A stretch of 49,307 nucleotides of DNA from Anaerolineales bacterium (lineage in GTDB: Bacteria; Chloroflexota; Anaerolineae; Anaerolineales; UBA11579): contig JBBDXQ010000013.1 of NCBI GenBank assembly GCA_040902265.1, positions 1 to 49,307 of the forward strand. Reading direction: 5' to 3'. Of this stretch, positions 17,986 through 26,519 are shown one piece after another. The notes under the pieces were generated by a model. That model saw only the letters and a list, made by a program, of their open reading frames with translations. It was not told the origin of the DNA and searched no databases. How positions within the stretch are numbered: position 1 is the stretch's first letter; the number at the start of each line of letters is the position of its first letter. The translations under genes were made by a program, and so were the position numbers.

Positions 17986-19145
17986 CCAATCGCTCTGATC
18001 CTCAACTGTTACTTGAACTGAAGAAGTACGGGGCTGTGGGTATAGAGAATTGCTTCAACTGCGGGAATTGCACAGCCATATGCTCGCTGACCAGCAACGA
18101 CCATCTCTTCCCCCGCAACATGATCAGGCTGGCGCAATTGGGATTGAAAGATTCTCTGCGTGCCAGCAGCGACCCATGGCTGTGTTACTACTGCGGCGAT
18201 TGCTCTGCCAGCTGCCCGCGCGAGGCTGAGCCCGGGGAAACCATGATGGCGATCCGGCGCTGGTTGACCGCGCAGTACGACCGCAGCGGCCATGGGGCAC
18301 GGCTATATACATCAGAAAAAGCAGTGTGGTGGACTGTTGCTCGAATTTCACTAATCACATTGGCATTTTTTCTGGGGATGAACTTGCTGGGTCTAGGGCG
18401 AATCGAAACCGGGCAGGTTGCCTTGAACCAATTCGCGCCGGCCTTACTGGTATGGGGCTTTGTTTTGGCGCACTTCGCCTACCTGGGTACCAGGGTTTTC
18501 TCCGGGATCATCAATATGTTCAAGTCGACTATGGCCTCAACTTTACGCACCGGGAATATTCCGCTCAGTACCTATCTAAGCGAATTCAAAACTCTTGTAA
18601 TTCACTTTTTCACTCAGAAACGATGGACGCAGTGCAGCACTGAAAAGCCGCCGCGTCGCTGGTTGGTGCATATGTTGCTTGTAAGCGGCTATCTCACCAT
18701 GTTGACCCTTATTGTCGGCTTTCTGTGGTGGTTCCAAACTGACGAACTTCTCCCCGTGTACCACCCCCAACGGTGGCTGGGCTATTACGCCACGATCGTG
18801 CTGATCTATGCCTCCACAGATATGTTGATTGGGCGCCTTCGAAAGAAAGACCAGATGCACCGGTTTTCGCATGCCAGCGATTGGCTTTTCCCAGCCTTCA
18901 TCCTTTTTGGGGCGGTGAGCGGCATCCTCGTTCACATCCTGCGATACGCCGGTCTTCCCTGGCCAACGTACCTGGTTTACCTGATCCACGTCATGGCCAT
19001 GGTGGCCATGCTGGATACTGAAGTTGGCATCGGCAAGTGGGCTCATCTGATCTATCGCCCGATGGCCATATACCTGGAAGCCGTAAAGGTCAAAGTAAGG
19101 CAAACACGCGAATCTGCACCTGGAGTTGTCGTGCCGGTTGATTAA
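17982..19145 (+). CDS. QmoC-like subunit: HdrC-type di-[4Fe-4S] domain fused to a cytochrome b-like membrane domain
   Basis: 387 aa from ATG 17982. Has CFNCGNCTAIC and CYYCGDCSASCP, then about 6 TM helices with His inside four of them (LAHFAY, LVHMLL, LVHIL, LIHVM). Confidence 0.75.
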   Translation: MTNRSDPQLLLELKKYGAVGIENCFNCGNCTAICSLTSNDHLFPRNMIRLAQLGLKDSLRASSDPWLCYYCGDCSASCPREAEPGETMMAIRRWLTAQYDRSGHGARLYTSEKAVWWTVARISLITLAFFLGMNLLGLGRIETGQVALNQFAPALLVWGFVLAHFAYLGTRVFSGIINMFKSTMASTLRTGNIPLSTYLSEFKTLVIHFFTQKRWTQCSTEKPPRRWLVHMLLVSGYLTMLTLIVGFLWWFQTDELLPVYHPQRWLGYYATIVLIYASTDMLIGRLRKKDQMHRFSHASDWLFPAFILFGAVSGILVHILRYAGLPWPTYLVYLIHVMAMVAMLDTEVGIGKWAHLIYRPMAIYLEAVKVKVRQTRESAPGVVVPVD

Positions 19146-19172
19146 ACATTTACGAGGTAACCAAGAAAAATT

Positions 19173-19370
19173 ATGTCTGAAAAACTGATGATCGTATGCC
19201 AGTTGTTCAATGACGTGCTGGACCTGGGCGGCCATGTGGTGTTGTGCGTGCTGGCGCTCGAAAACAAAGACATCGACCCCAAGGATGTGCGCGACAGCCG
19301 CATCAGCATCGGAGAGGCGCCGCCTTTCCTGATGGCGGCTGAAGGCGCGGGCATGACCTTTACATTCTGA
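19173..19370 (+). CDS. hypothetical small protein (possibly a truncated DsrE-like paralog)
   Basis: 65 aa with GC3-rich codons but a weak RBS. The N-terminal KLMIVC and C-terminal FLMAAEGAGMTFTF loosely resemble the first half of DsrE-family proteins. Confidence 0.35.
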   Translation: MSEKLMIVCQLFNDVLDLGGHVVLCVLALENKDIDPKDVRDSRISIGEAPPFLMAAEGAGMTFTF

Positions 19371-19397
19371 GCCGACCCTAAAAGAGGAGGTGTGTGA

Positions 19398-19766
19398 ATG
19401 AGCGATGAAATTGGAAAGATGGTGGTAGTGCTGAACCATGAGGATGCCAATTCTGTGCTGGCCTCGCTGGTGATGGCGGCCTCGATTGCCACTTGCGGCG
19501 AGCAGGTGATGTTCTTCGTGCAACCGGGCGGAGCCAGGATGCTGGCCAAGGGCGAATTGGAAAAGTTCCAGGGTCTCAAAGGCCAGCCAGACCCCGTGCA
19601 CCTGTACGAATCGATCCGCACTTTGGATGGCCGCTTCATCCTGTGCGAACTTGGATTGGAGATCTGCGACATCAAGAAAGACGACCTGCGCGATGGAGTA
19701 GAGGTCATGATGGCCTCATCCTTCATGTTCGATATTGAAGGCGCCAAGCTTAGTTTTTCCTATTGA
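19398..19766 (+). CDS. DsrE/DsrF-like sulfur-relay family protein
   Basis: 122 aa with a strong GAGGAGG RBS. DsrE-like fold pattern (KMVVVLNHED...VMFFVQPGG...FILCELGL). Confidence 0.75.
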   Translation: MSDEIGKMVVVLNHEDANSVLASLVMAASIATCGEQVMFFVQPGGARMLAKGELEKFQGLKGQPDPVHLYESIRTLDGRFILCELGLEICDIKKDDLRDGVEVMMASSFMFDIEGAKLSFSY

Positions 19767-19775
19767 GGAGGAAGC

Positions 19776-20027
19776 ATGCCGAATACAATCACGATCACCA
19801 AAACCTTGGACGTGTGCGGGCTGATCTGCCCTTACCCGGACATGGACACCCTGGCCACTTTGAAAAAGATGGCCAAGGGCGAGGTCCTGGAAGTCATCCT
19901 GGATTATCCACTGTCCCTGGAGCGCATCCCGCGCAACCTGACCAAGCAGGGCCATAAGTTGTTGAGCGTGGAGCGAATTGACGGCCCCAAGCACCGCATC
20001 ATCATCGAAGCGCAAGGCCTCAAATAG
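19776..20027 (+). CDS. TusA/YeeD-like sulfur carrier protein
   Basis: 83 aa with a CPYP motif (LDVCGLICPYPDM). GAGGAGG RBS. Lies immediately upstream of the yeeE-like gene, as in yeeE-yeeD pairs. Confidence 0.85.
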   Translation: MPNTITITKTLDVCGLICPYPDMDTLATLKKMAKGEVLEVILDYPLSLERIPRNLTKQGHKLLSVERIDGPKHRIIIEAQGLK

Positions 20028-20150
20028 CCACGAAGCGGGGAAGCAGAGGAGGCAAGTCCTCGATGAAACTCCCCCCTGGGCCAACCCCCAATAGTCCCAC
20101 AGGTCAAATGGCGCCGGCTGGAGCGAGATTGACCGCATAGAGGAGCACAC

Positions 20151-21194
20151 ATGGATCTTATCGTTCTTTCTGGTTTAGGCATCGGCGTGGTATTTGGCTA
20201 TGCCCTGCAGCGCGGCCGCTTCTGCATGAACTCGGCGACGCGCGACTCGGTGATGCTGAAGGATTACACGCTGTTGAAGGCTGTCGGCGTGGCGCTGATC
20301 GTGCAAATGATCGGCTTTGCCCTGCTGGAAGTAAGCGGGCTGCAGGCGACCCTGCCGAAGCCCTTCTTCTGGGGAGCCAACCTGGTGGGCAGCTTCACCT
20401 TTGGCGTGGGTATGGTGCTGGCTGGCGCATGCGCCAGCGGCATCACCTATCGCACGGGTGAAGGCATGGTGAGCGCCATGGTGGCCGCCATTGGCTTCAC
20501 GCTGGGTGCGTTCGTCACTGCGGCAGGCGGCTTCATGAACCCGATCGCAGCCAACCTGCAGACCAGCACGGTCATCCAAACCGCCGAAGGCAGCAACCCG
20601 ACATTGGCGAACCTGCTCGGCGTGCCTTATTGGATGCTGGCCCTGGGCATTGCCCTGGCAGCCATCGTGGTCTGGGTGCTGTTGGCCAAACCTTTCAGCC
20701 TGGAAAGCACCAAAGCCAAGGCCCAAGAAGTAAAGGGCCTTTCGCACGGATGGGGATGGTTGACCACCGGCCTGGTCATCGGCCTGATCGCCATCGTGGC
20801 ATTCCCATTGTCTGTGGCTGCCCAGCGCCCCTCGCCCATCGGCATTACGGATGGCTGGCTTGGCCTGATGAAGGCGATCTTCATGGGCGGAGCCTGGAGT
20901 TGGGCGCCTTTGCTGATCATCGGCATCATCCTCGGTTCTTTGGCAGCCGCGGTGGTCAACAAGGAGTTCAAGTTCCGGACACCCTCGATCGGCATGCTAG
21001 CGCAGGTGATGATTGGCGGCTTGCTGATGGGCTTCGGGGCGGTATGCTCCAGCGGCTGCAACATCGGCCATATCCTGAGCGGGCTGCCGCAGTTGGCGAT
21101 TGGCTCGATCGTGGCCACATTGGCGATCGTGGCCGGCGGCTGGCTGACGGCATACTTGATCTTCAACGTGTTGCGCAAGAGCCCCGCGGTCTAG
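20151..21194 (+). CDS. yeeE: YeeE/YedE-family sulfur-compound (thiosulfate-type) transporter
   Basis: 347 aa, polytopic. Conserved Cys-containing segments are QRGRFCM, LAGACASG and GAVCSSGCNIGH. Confidence 0.9.
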   Translation: MDLIVLSGLGIGVVFGYALQRGRFCMNSATRDSVMLKDYTLLKAVGVALIVQMIGFALLEVSGLQATLPKPFFWGANLVGSFTFGVGMVLAGACASGITYRTGEGMVSAMVAAIGFTLGAFVTAAGGFMNPIAANLQTSTVIQTAEGSNPTLANLLGVPYWMLALGIALAAIVVWVLLAKPFSLESTKAKAQEVKGLSHGWGWLTTGLVIGLIAIVAFPLSVAAQRPSPIGITDGWLGLMKAIFMGGAWSWAPLLIIGIILGSLAAAVVNKEFKFRTPSIGMLAQVMIGGLLMGFGAVCSSGCNIGHILSGLPQLAIGSIVATLAIVAGGWLTAYLIFNVLRKSPAV

Positions 21195-21214
21195 GGCTGA
21201 CGGAGAAAGAGTGA

Positions 21215-21249
21215 AAGCAGGCGCGCTATTATGAGGCGCCTGCTTTTTT
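21215..21249 (+). terminator. rho-independent terminator after yeeE
   Basis: A 10-bp perfect stem, AAGCAGGCGC/GCGCCTGCTT, with an 11-nt loop, followed by a T run. Confidence 0.7.
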
Positions 21250-21521
21250 ATATTGCTTGGCAACACGCAAAAGAAAGAAACGGCCGTCCTGGAATTCAAT
21301 TGGATGATAAGGATGGATTCTTCGCGGCGCACGGCTTGCCTTCGGCAGCCTTAGCTTGCTCAGAATGACAAGATAATTGAAGGGGGCACAGCATGCCGAG
21401 CCTATATGGTTTTGCAAGTCGAGGTTGCTAATTCGACAAAGTTGGCAGCAGTTGGAGCCGCTGCGCAAGGCGAAGACCTCCCTGGAACGAGCGGAGGAGA
21501 TCCAAATTGGAGAGTACGAAT

Positions 21522-22454
21522 TCAGGCCAGGACCAGTTGTTCGGGGAGCGAAAGCAGGTCGGCATTTTCTTGCGCGTGGACAAAGCTCCAAAACACATCG
21601 CGGGGACGGTGGGCTGCGCCGACGCGCTTGCGTATCATGTAGACCGGGCGCTGCAAGCGGAGGTCTTCCACGGCGAGTTGGGCAATGGCGCCGTGCTTGA
21701 TCGGCTCGATCACGGCCAGGGAGGAGACAAAGGAAACACCGTACCCAGCCGCCACGGTAGCTATGATTGCTTCGGCGTTACCTAATTCCAATAAAACACG
21801 CAGGTCATCTTCGCCTATATCATGCTTGCCTAATTCGGCCAGCACGACACGGCGGGTGCCTGATTCCGGCTCGCGCATGATCAGCGGTTCTTCCAATAAC
21901 TCCTGAGGCTCGATGGAGCTGCGTTTGGCCCAGCGATGGTCGGCTGGCACGATGAAGCTGATGTTGTCCTTGAAGAAACTCTGGGTTTCGAAATTTGGGT
22001 CAGTGATCTCTGAACTAACCACGCCGATGTGGGCTTCGCCGCGCATCAGGTCCAGCGCGGCGCGTTCGGGGCGGCAGGTGAGGATGCGGGCGCGGATGTT
22101 GGGGTAGCGCTTGCAGAAGCGGGCTACGATGAGGGGCAGGATGTATTTTCCGGAGGTGGTGCTGCAGGAGATACGCAGCTCCCCCACGATGTCTTCCTCA
22201 AGGGAGTTCATCATCTCTTTCAAATTGACGAAATCCTGGATCAGGCGCCGCGCCCAGGGGAGCAGCACGCGGCCGGCCTCGGTCAGCTCCAGGCCGGTGT
22301 TGCTGCGGGTGAAGAGAGCGACGCCCAATTCGCGCTCCAGGGTCTTGATCTGGTGGCTGACGCTGGGTTGGCTGAGGTGCAGCAGCTTGGCGACCTCGGA
22401 GAAGCTGAGGCTCTCGGCGGCGCAAAGAAAGGTTTCGATCTTATCGGCGTTCAT
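21522..22454 (-). CDS. LysR-family transcriptional regulator
   Basis: 310 aa from ATG 22454. N-terminal HTH (FLCAAESLSFSEVAKLLHLSQPSVSHQIKTLE) and a LysR substrate-binding domain. The track's 22 upstream codons are judged non-coding. Confidence 0.9.
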   Translation of the reverse strand: MNADKIETFLCAAESLSFSEVAKLLHLSQPSVSHQIKTLERELGVALFTRSNTGLELTEAGRVLLPWARRLIQDFVNLKEMMNSLEEDIVGELRISCSTTSGKYILPLIVARFCKRYPNIRARILTCRPERAALDLMRGEAHIGVVSSEITDPNFETQSFFKDNISFIVPADHRWAKRSSIEPQELLEEPLIMREPESGTRRVVLAELGKHDIGEDDLRVLLELGNAEAIIATVAAGYGVSFVSSLAVIEPIKHGAIAQLAVEDLRLQRPVYMIRKRVGAAHRPRDVFWSFVHAQENADLLSLPEQLVLA

Positions 22455-22577
22455 GGTTAATCTGTGGATTAAGTATGCCCAGATCAGCCAGCGGCCAGTA
22501 GTGACAATCGTCACAAGCAAATGTGGCGAAAACCGGCTCTACCTACGGGTAAAGCGAGTATAATTAAGATGAATCGC

Positions 22578-22648
22578 TGGGGATTCGTCTAGCGGTAGGA
22601 CACTTGACTCTGAATCAAGGAGCTCTGGTTCGAATCCAGAATCCCCAT
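22578..22648 (+). tRNA. tRNA-Gln (anticodon CUG)
   Basis: Hand-folded cloverleaf. Acceptor TGGGGAT/ATCCCCA, D stem GTCT/GGAC, anticodon stem CTTGA/TCAAG with loop CTCTGAA, T arm TCTGG-TTCGAAT-CCAGA. No encoded CCA. Confidence 0.9.
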
Positions 22649-22650
22649 CT

Positions 22651-22676
22651 AAAACTGCCCGAAAGGGCAGTTTTTT
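22651..22676 (+). terminator. rho-independent terminator after tRNA-Gln (also direct repeat DR1, copy A)
   Basis: AAAACTGCCC-GAAA-GGGCAGTTTTTT. The segment 22645-22680 recurs at 26634-26668. Confidence 0.75.
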
Positions 22677-22687
22677 GTTCATAGCGC

Positions 22688-22745
22688 TGGGGATTCGTTG
22701 CGAGAAAAGCACTCGCGTTGGCGGTTAGGACGCTTGACTCTTAAT
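22688..22745 (+). pseudogene. degenerate tRNA-Gln 5' half
   Basis: TGGGGATTCGT, then a 20-nt insertion, then GGCGGTTAGGACGCTTGACTCTTAA. This mirrors the tRNA-Gln acceptor, D arm and anticodon 5' stem, but no 3' half follows. Confidence 0.55.
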
Positions 22746-22851
22746 TAATTGGTTGACAACGAGAAAAGCCGCCTAAATTCTAGGCGGCTTGTATTTTAGG
22801 TGTCGAGACGCCTTCCCCTCTGTTTTGCTCTTGGTGCAACCGTGGTGCAAC
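22736..22851 (+). repeat. direct repeat DR2, copy A (about 116 bp, contains a terminator-like hairpin)
   Basis: Near-identical to 26520-26634, with about 88 bp perfect and then 3 differences. The internal hairpin AAGCCGCCT-AAATTCT-AGGCGGCTT plus GTATTTT lies at 22766-22797. Confidence 0.9.
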
Positions 22852-22984
22852 TACATTCTATGTGCGATTTGGGGGACTTTCTATTCCGCGATTCTGTGGA
22901 CTTTTACCACCGCTACTGACACCAGTGGGGGGGGTAAATCGGCAGACTGGTAATATTAGTTGGGCAGTGCCCAACTAATAAACT

Positions 22985-23440
22985 TTACTCAACCTCGACA
23001 ATCATATACACTGAAGCAGCAAATCCCATTGGCAAACTGACACCAACTGCTGTTCGTGTATGCTTGCCTGCTTCTCCGAAGATTTCAACAATGAAATCGG
23101 ATGCACCGTTCATGGCTTTGGCTTGCTCCTCACAATCAGATGTGCTATTAACCATGCCATGTACGGCAACAACCTGCTTGATGTGATTCAGTGACCCAGC
23201 CACACTTCTGATTGCTGCCAAGCAGTTGATTGCGGAGGCTTTTGTTGCAGCACGAGCTTCGTCAAGGCTTAAACGATCTCCTAATTTACCTTTATACTCC
23301 TGCCCTTCTTTTACAGAAACCTGGCCAGCAGTAAATATTAAATTTCCGACACGTTTGGCTGGAACGTAGTTCGCAATGGGAGCAGGAAGAATTGGTAATG
23401 TTATTCCCAACTCTTGTAAACGTTCTTCATAATGGTTCAT
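22985..23440 (-). CDS. RidA/YjgF/RutC-family protein
   Basis: 151 aa with the YjgF-family pattern (LIFTAGQVS...VAVHGMVNS...RTAVGVSLP). Lower GC than the flanking core genes, judged by eye. Confidence 0.8.
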   Translation of the reverse strand: MNHYEERLQELGITLPILPAPIANYVPAKRVGNLIFTAGQVSVKEGQEYKGKLGDRLSLDEARAATKASAINCLAAIRSVAGSLNHIKQVVAVHGMVNSTSDCEEQAKAMNGASDFIVEIFGEAGKHTRTAVGVSLPMGFAASVYMIVEVE

Positions 23441-23583
23441 AATAGTATCCTTTATGTCTTAAGTATTTGAGGTTTTTTATCAAATCAATAAGGCTGATCA
23501 AGCAAACTAAATATTTTTTTACAAGGAACAGTCCAACAGTTTGTGTTTCTTGTTTGTGGGTGGGCGTGCTGAACCCAAAGGGG

Positions 23584-23967
23584 CTACTTATTCCCCGTTA
23601 GTCGGTTAAAGCCAACGAATTGGGGTGTTATTGAAATGACAGCCCACTGGGAGACGCGTTGTCGCATCCCTTCAATGACAGCCTCATTTGGCTGGCCGTA
23701 GATTTCAACACTTGTGGTTGTGATGTATTGCATCACGTCGCGCATGTATGGGTCGGCGAGTTGCCAATGAGTCAGGATTGATTCTGAGTCTCGATGTATC
23801 TGGACTCCGTGTGCACGCATCTCGTTCTCATCGATGCAGACCTCTGCCAAAAGCTGGGGACCGTTCGCCTCCAGGAAATCCGTTGACTTTTGAGCCGCCT
23901 CTTTGAATTTCTCGAGGGCACCTTTTTCGATCTGAAAGGTTGTGATAAAGACTATGGGTACAGTCAT
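23584..23967 (-). CDS. small ABM/Dabb-like (ferredoxin-fold) protein, function unknown
   Basis: 127 aa from ATG 23967, with AAGGAAAGGAAAA immediately upstream. The beta-alpha-beta pattern (IVFITTFQIEKGALEKFKEAA) is suggestive only. Confidence 0.5.
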   Translation of the reverse strand: MTVPIVFITTFQIEKGALEKFKEAAQKSTDFLEANGPQLLAEVCIDENEMRAHGVQIHRDSESILTHWQLADPYMRDVMQYITTTSVEIYGQPNEAVIEGMRQRVSQWAVISITPQFVGFNRLTGNK

Positions 23968-24551
23968 TTTTCCTTTCCTTGCTGGCAATTTAATCTTACA
24001 ATTCGAATCCGAGTCCGACTAACAAATCGTTACCTGCATGCGTTTTTGCACTGAGTGCAGTTCAACCAGAGCCAAAATTAGCTTCTTGTGTGCCATCCTC
24101 GGTTGGGTAGCAGGTCATGGTTAACGCTGCGTTGGGCATGGATCACAGCCATTTCTTCAGAAACTCAGTTCCACAGTTTCACCCTCATAGATTAAGATGG
24201 CCTTTCTATACTCTTAAATGAAAGTAGAGAATTTTAGTAGATTTGTAATTCCGTAAAACCTATCATATTACAATTGTGGTATAGCCCTAGTTTGTCTTAC
24301 TAAGTAAATTCTCGTTTTGGCAAAATGACTAGGAAGCATTGAAGCACATGTGTCGGTCACCGATATCAGCCGTTGGGTGCTGTAACAGTTAGCCGATATC
24401 GTGCACGCCAACGACTACAAAGTGCTGCACATGTATGTGTGCAGCCTCAGTCGACGAACTCGGCTCCCGCGGGGACGGCCTGGGGTGCACACGCTCTTTT
24501 GTGCTACACCCTTCCGCAAGCCGATTAGCTTTTCTGAATTGATCCAAAAAT

Positions 24552-26036
24552 TTATTGCTTTCCTGTGATCTCATCTCCCAACTCGCGCACACGTTGCACC
24601 AGCGCGTCTACTTCGGATTGGGTGCCGCGAGGATTGATGTAGCACGGACGGATAGCGATCCGACCATTTATCTCGGTGGTGGAAGGAACCAGTCGGCCTT
24701 CGGAACGTAGGAGACGAGCGATTTCCGTGTTGAGTTCGTTAAGCGCCTTATCGTCTTTCCCTTTGCCTAAATAGCGAAAACAACAGATGGAAAGTGTGGC
24801 TGGTGAGAGCACTTCGAGATACTCGTCTTCTTCAACTAGACGTTGCAGGCGGCGGGCAAAATCATTGTGGCGGACAATGCGATCACGCATGCCTTCAGCT
24901 CCAATCTCCTTTAGAATAGCCCATACAGAAACTCCCCTTGATGGAGCAGATTGTTCCAGATTGTAGTCGTGGAGAAGCTCTCCGAATTGATCAAACGTAG
25001 AGGCCACCTCGCCAGATGAGGTGGCTCCCTCCAAATATTCGGCGGGTTCTAGGGTGAGGGCGCGGCCAAGCAAAAGTCTATCGCGTACGAAGGTAGCCCC
25101 TATTCCCACAGGAGCAGCCAGCCATTTGTGCGGATCTACTGCGAATGATCCAGCTCGCAGGAGGCCCTCAAACTGCGGGGCGAGTCGCTCGTCAAGTACG
25201 CCAAAACCACCATAGGCCCCATCTACATGTAGCCATGAGTTATATTCGTCAGCCAAATCAGCGATAGGCGCAAGTGGGTCGATAGCCCCAGTATTAACTG
25301 TGCCAGTGGTTGCAATTATGGCGAGGGGACGAATTCCCTTCTTTTTATCGTTTTTAAGCAAAGTTTCGAGTTCATTGACATCGATACGGTAAGCATTGTC
25401 CGGTGGGATTTGGACCACAGAATTACGTCCCATTCCTAGTATGGCGGCAGCGCGGATGTTTACGTGGTGTACTTCGCTACTGGAATAGATCCGCCAACTC
25501 TGTGAATTGTTTACGCCCTCACTGGCAGGATCCACGCCGATTTGCTCGAAAGCGTATTGGCGGGCAGCTGCTAATCCAATAATGTTGGCAATCGAGCCTC
25601 CGCTGCTAAATGTGCCTTGCCAGTCGGAGGGCAAACCGAGTAGATCAGCCAACCAGTCTAGCGCTACCTTTTCTATAGTGTTGAAGGACTGCACCCACCA
25701 GCGCTGTGAACCTGCCACGCTGCCTGCCAAGTTGGCGACGATGGCCGATGTGGTTGGAGACGTGGTTATCCAACCACTGAATCCAGGCATACCGTTGCGT
25801 GCTCCGTTGGGAATAAATGTTTCGCTTAATTCGGAAAGTACGTTGTCCAGTCCCACCCCTTTTTGTGGAAGAGTCTGTTCTAGGACGGCTTTCCATTCTT
25901 TTTGACGGGCACCGCTTTGATCAGGCTCGGCATAGCGGCTGAACTCCTCTAGTGCAGGAATGATTGCCTTGAGGGCTTCGCCCAGGCGACTGCTATCGGC
26001 TCGGTCTTCGTTCAACTTGTGCTCCTTTAGCATCAA
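24552..26036 (-). CDS. group II PLP-dependent amino-acid decarboxylase
   Basis: 494 aa. PLP-lysine motif SFAVDPHKWL plus SGGSIANIIGL and WLHVDGAYGG, typical of the aromatic-amino-acid/tyrosine/glutamate decarboxylase family. Confidence 0.9.
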   Translation of the reverse strand: MMLKEHKLNEDRADSSRLGEALKAIIPALEEFSRYAEPDQSGARQKEWKAVLEQTLPQKGVGLDNVLSELSETFIPNGARNGMPGFSGWITTSPTTSAIVANLAGSVAGSQRWWVQSFNTIEKVALDWLADLLGLPSDWQGTFSSGGSIANIIGLAAARQYAFEQIGVDPASEGVNNSQSWRIYSSSEVHHVNIRAAAILGMGRNSVVQIPPDNAYRIDVNELETLLKNDKKKGIRPLAIIATTGTVNTGAIDPLAPIADLADEYNSWLHVDGAYGGFGVLDERLAPQFEGLLRAGSFAVDPHKWLAAPVGIGATFVRDRLLLGRALTLEPAEYLEGATSSGEVASTFDQFGELLHDYNLEQSAPSRGVSVWAILKEIGAEGMRDRIVRHNDFARRLQRLVEEDEYLEVLSPATLSICCFRYLGKGKDDKALNELNTEIARLLRSEGRLVPSTTEINGRIAIRPCYINPRGTQSEVDALVQRVRELGDEITGKQ

Positions 26037-26383
26037 TTTTGTAGAGGCCCCATAATAGAGGCGGAGTCGGATATTTAGTGCAACAAATGAAGGATAATTC
26101 GTTTGTACGCAAACATAAAATTGACCAAGCGAATGCCCCCTACAGCCTCGTCGCTGCCAAAACCTTCAAGCCGTTGAAGTATAACTCACCCTGACCAGAA
26201 ATTCTCCATTGATGATCCGGCCATGGCCCCAAATTTTTGTGTGAGGACATACATTAGCAAATTGGAAATATTTTTGATTAATGCCAGTGATTGTCGGCTT
26301 GAGAATGATTTAAGACATTGGTTCTATCGATTACATTGATTTATGACGTTAAGTTTTAATGAGATCGCCATTTCTTCGCAAGG

Positions 26384-26416
26384 TTCAGTTGCAATTCAGT
26401 TGCAATTCAGTTGCAG
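26384..26416 (+). repeat. 11-bp tandem repeat x3 (TTCAGTTGCAA)
   Basis: TTCAGTTGCAA TTCAGTTGCAA TTCAGTTGCAg in a non-coding AT-rich region, about 350 bp upstream of the decarboxylase start on the opposite strand. Confidence 0.9.
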
Positions 26417-26519
26417 TTGGTGTGGAAACAAAATATTAGGTGGGCATAAAACACTCTCCTTTCTCTCGTAAATTCATGATTGTAGGCCGTTTTCTCGGAG
26501 GATTTTCCCCTTCGTACTC

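Noticed and set aside
21250-21521. A small RNA or gene in the 270-bp gap between the convergent yeeE and lysR genes.
   Set aside because: There are only short imperfect hairpins and no promoter/terminator pair. The 120-aa minus ORF (21229-21591) overlaps the lysR 3' end and looks non-coding.
22455-22520. N-terminal extension of the LysR regulator.
   Set aside because: The conserved LysR HTH begins right after M23 (MNADKIETFL). The upstream 22 codons are hydrophobic junk running toward the tRNA promoter region.
22688-22760. A second functional tRNA gene next to tRNA-Gln.
   Set aside because: The D arm is interrupted by a 20-nt insertion. The anticodon stem has no 3' partner, and there is no T arm or acceptor 3' strand.
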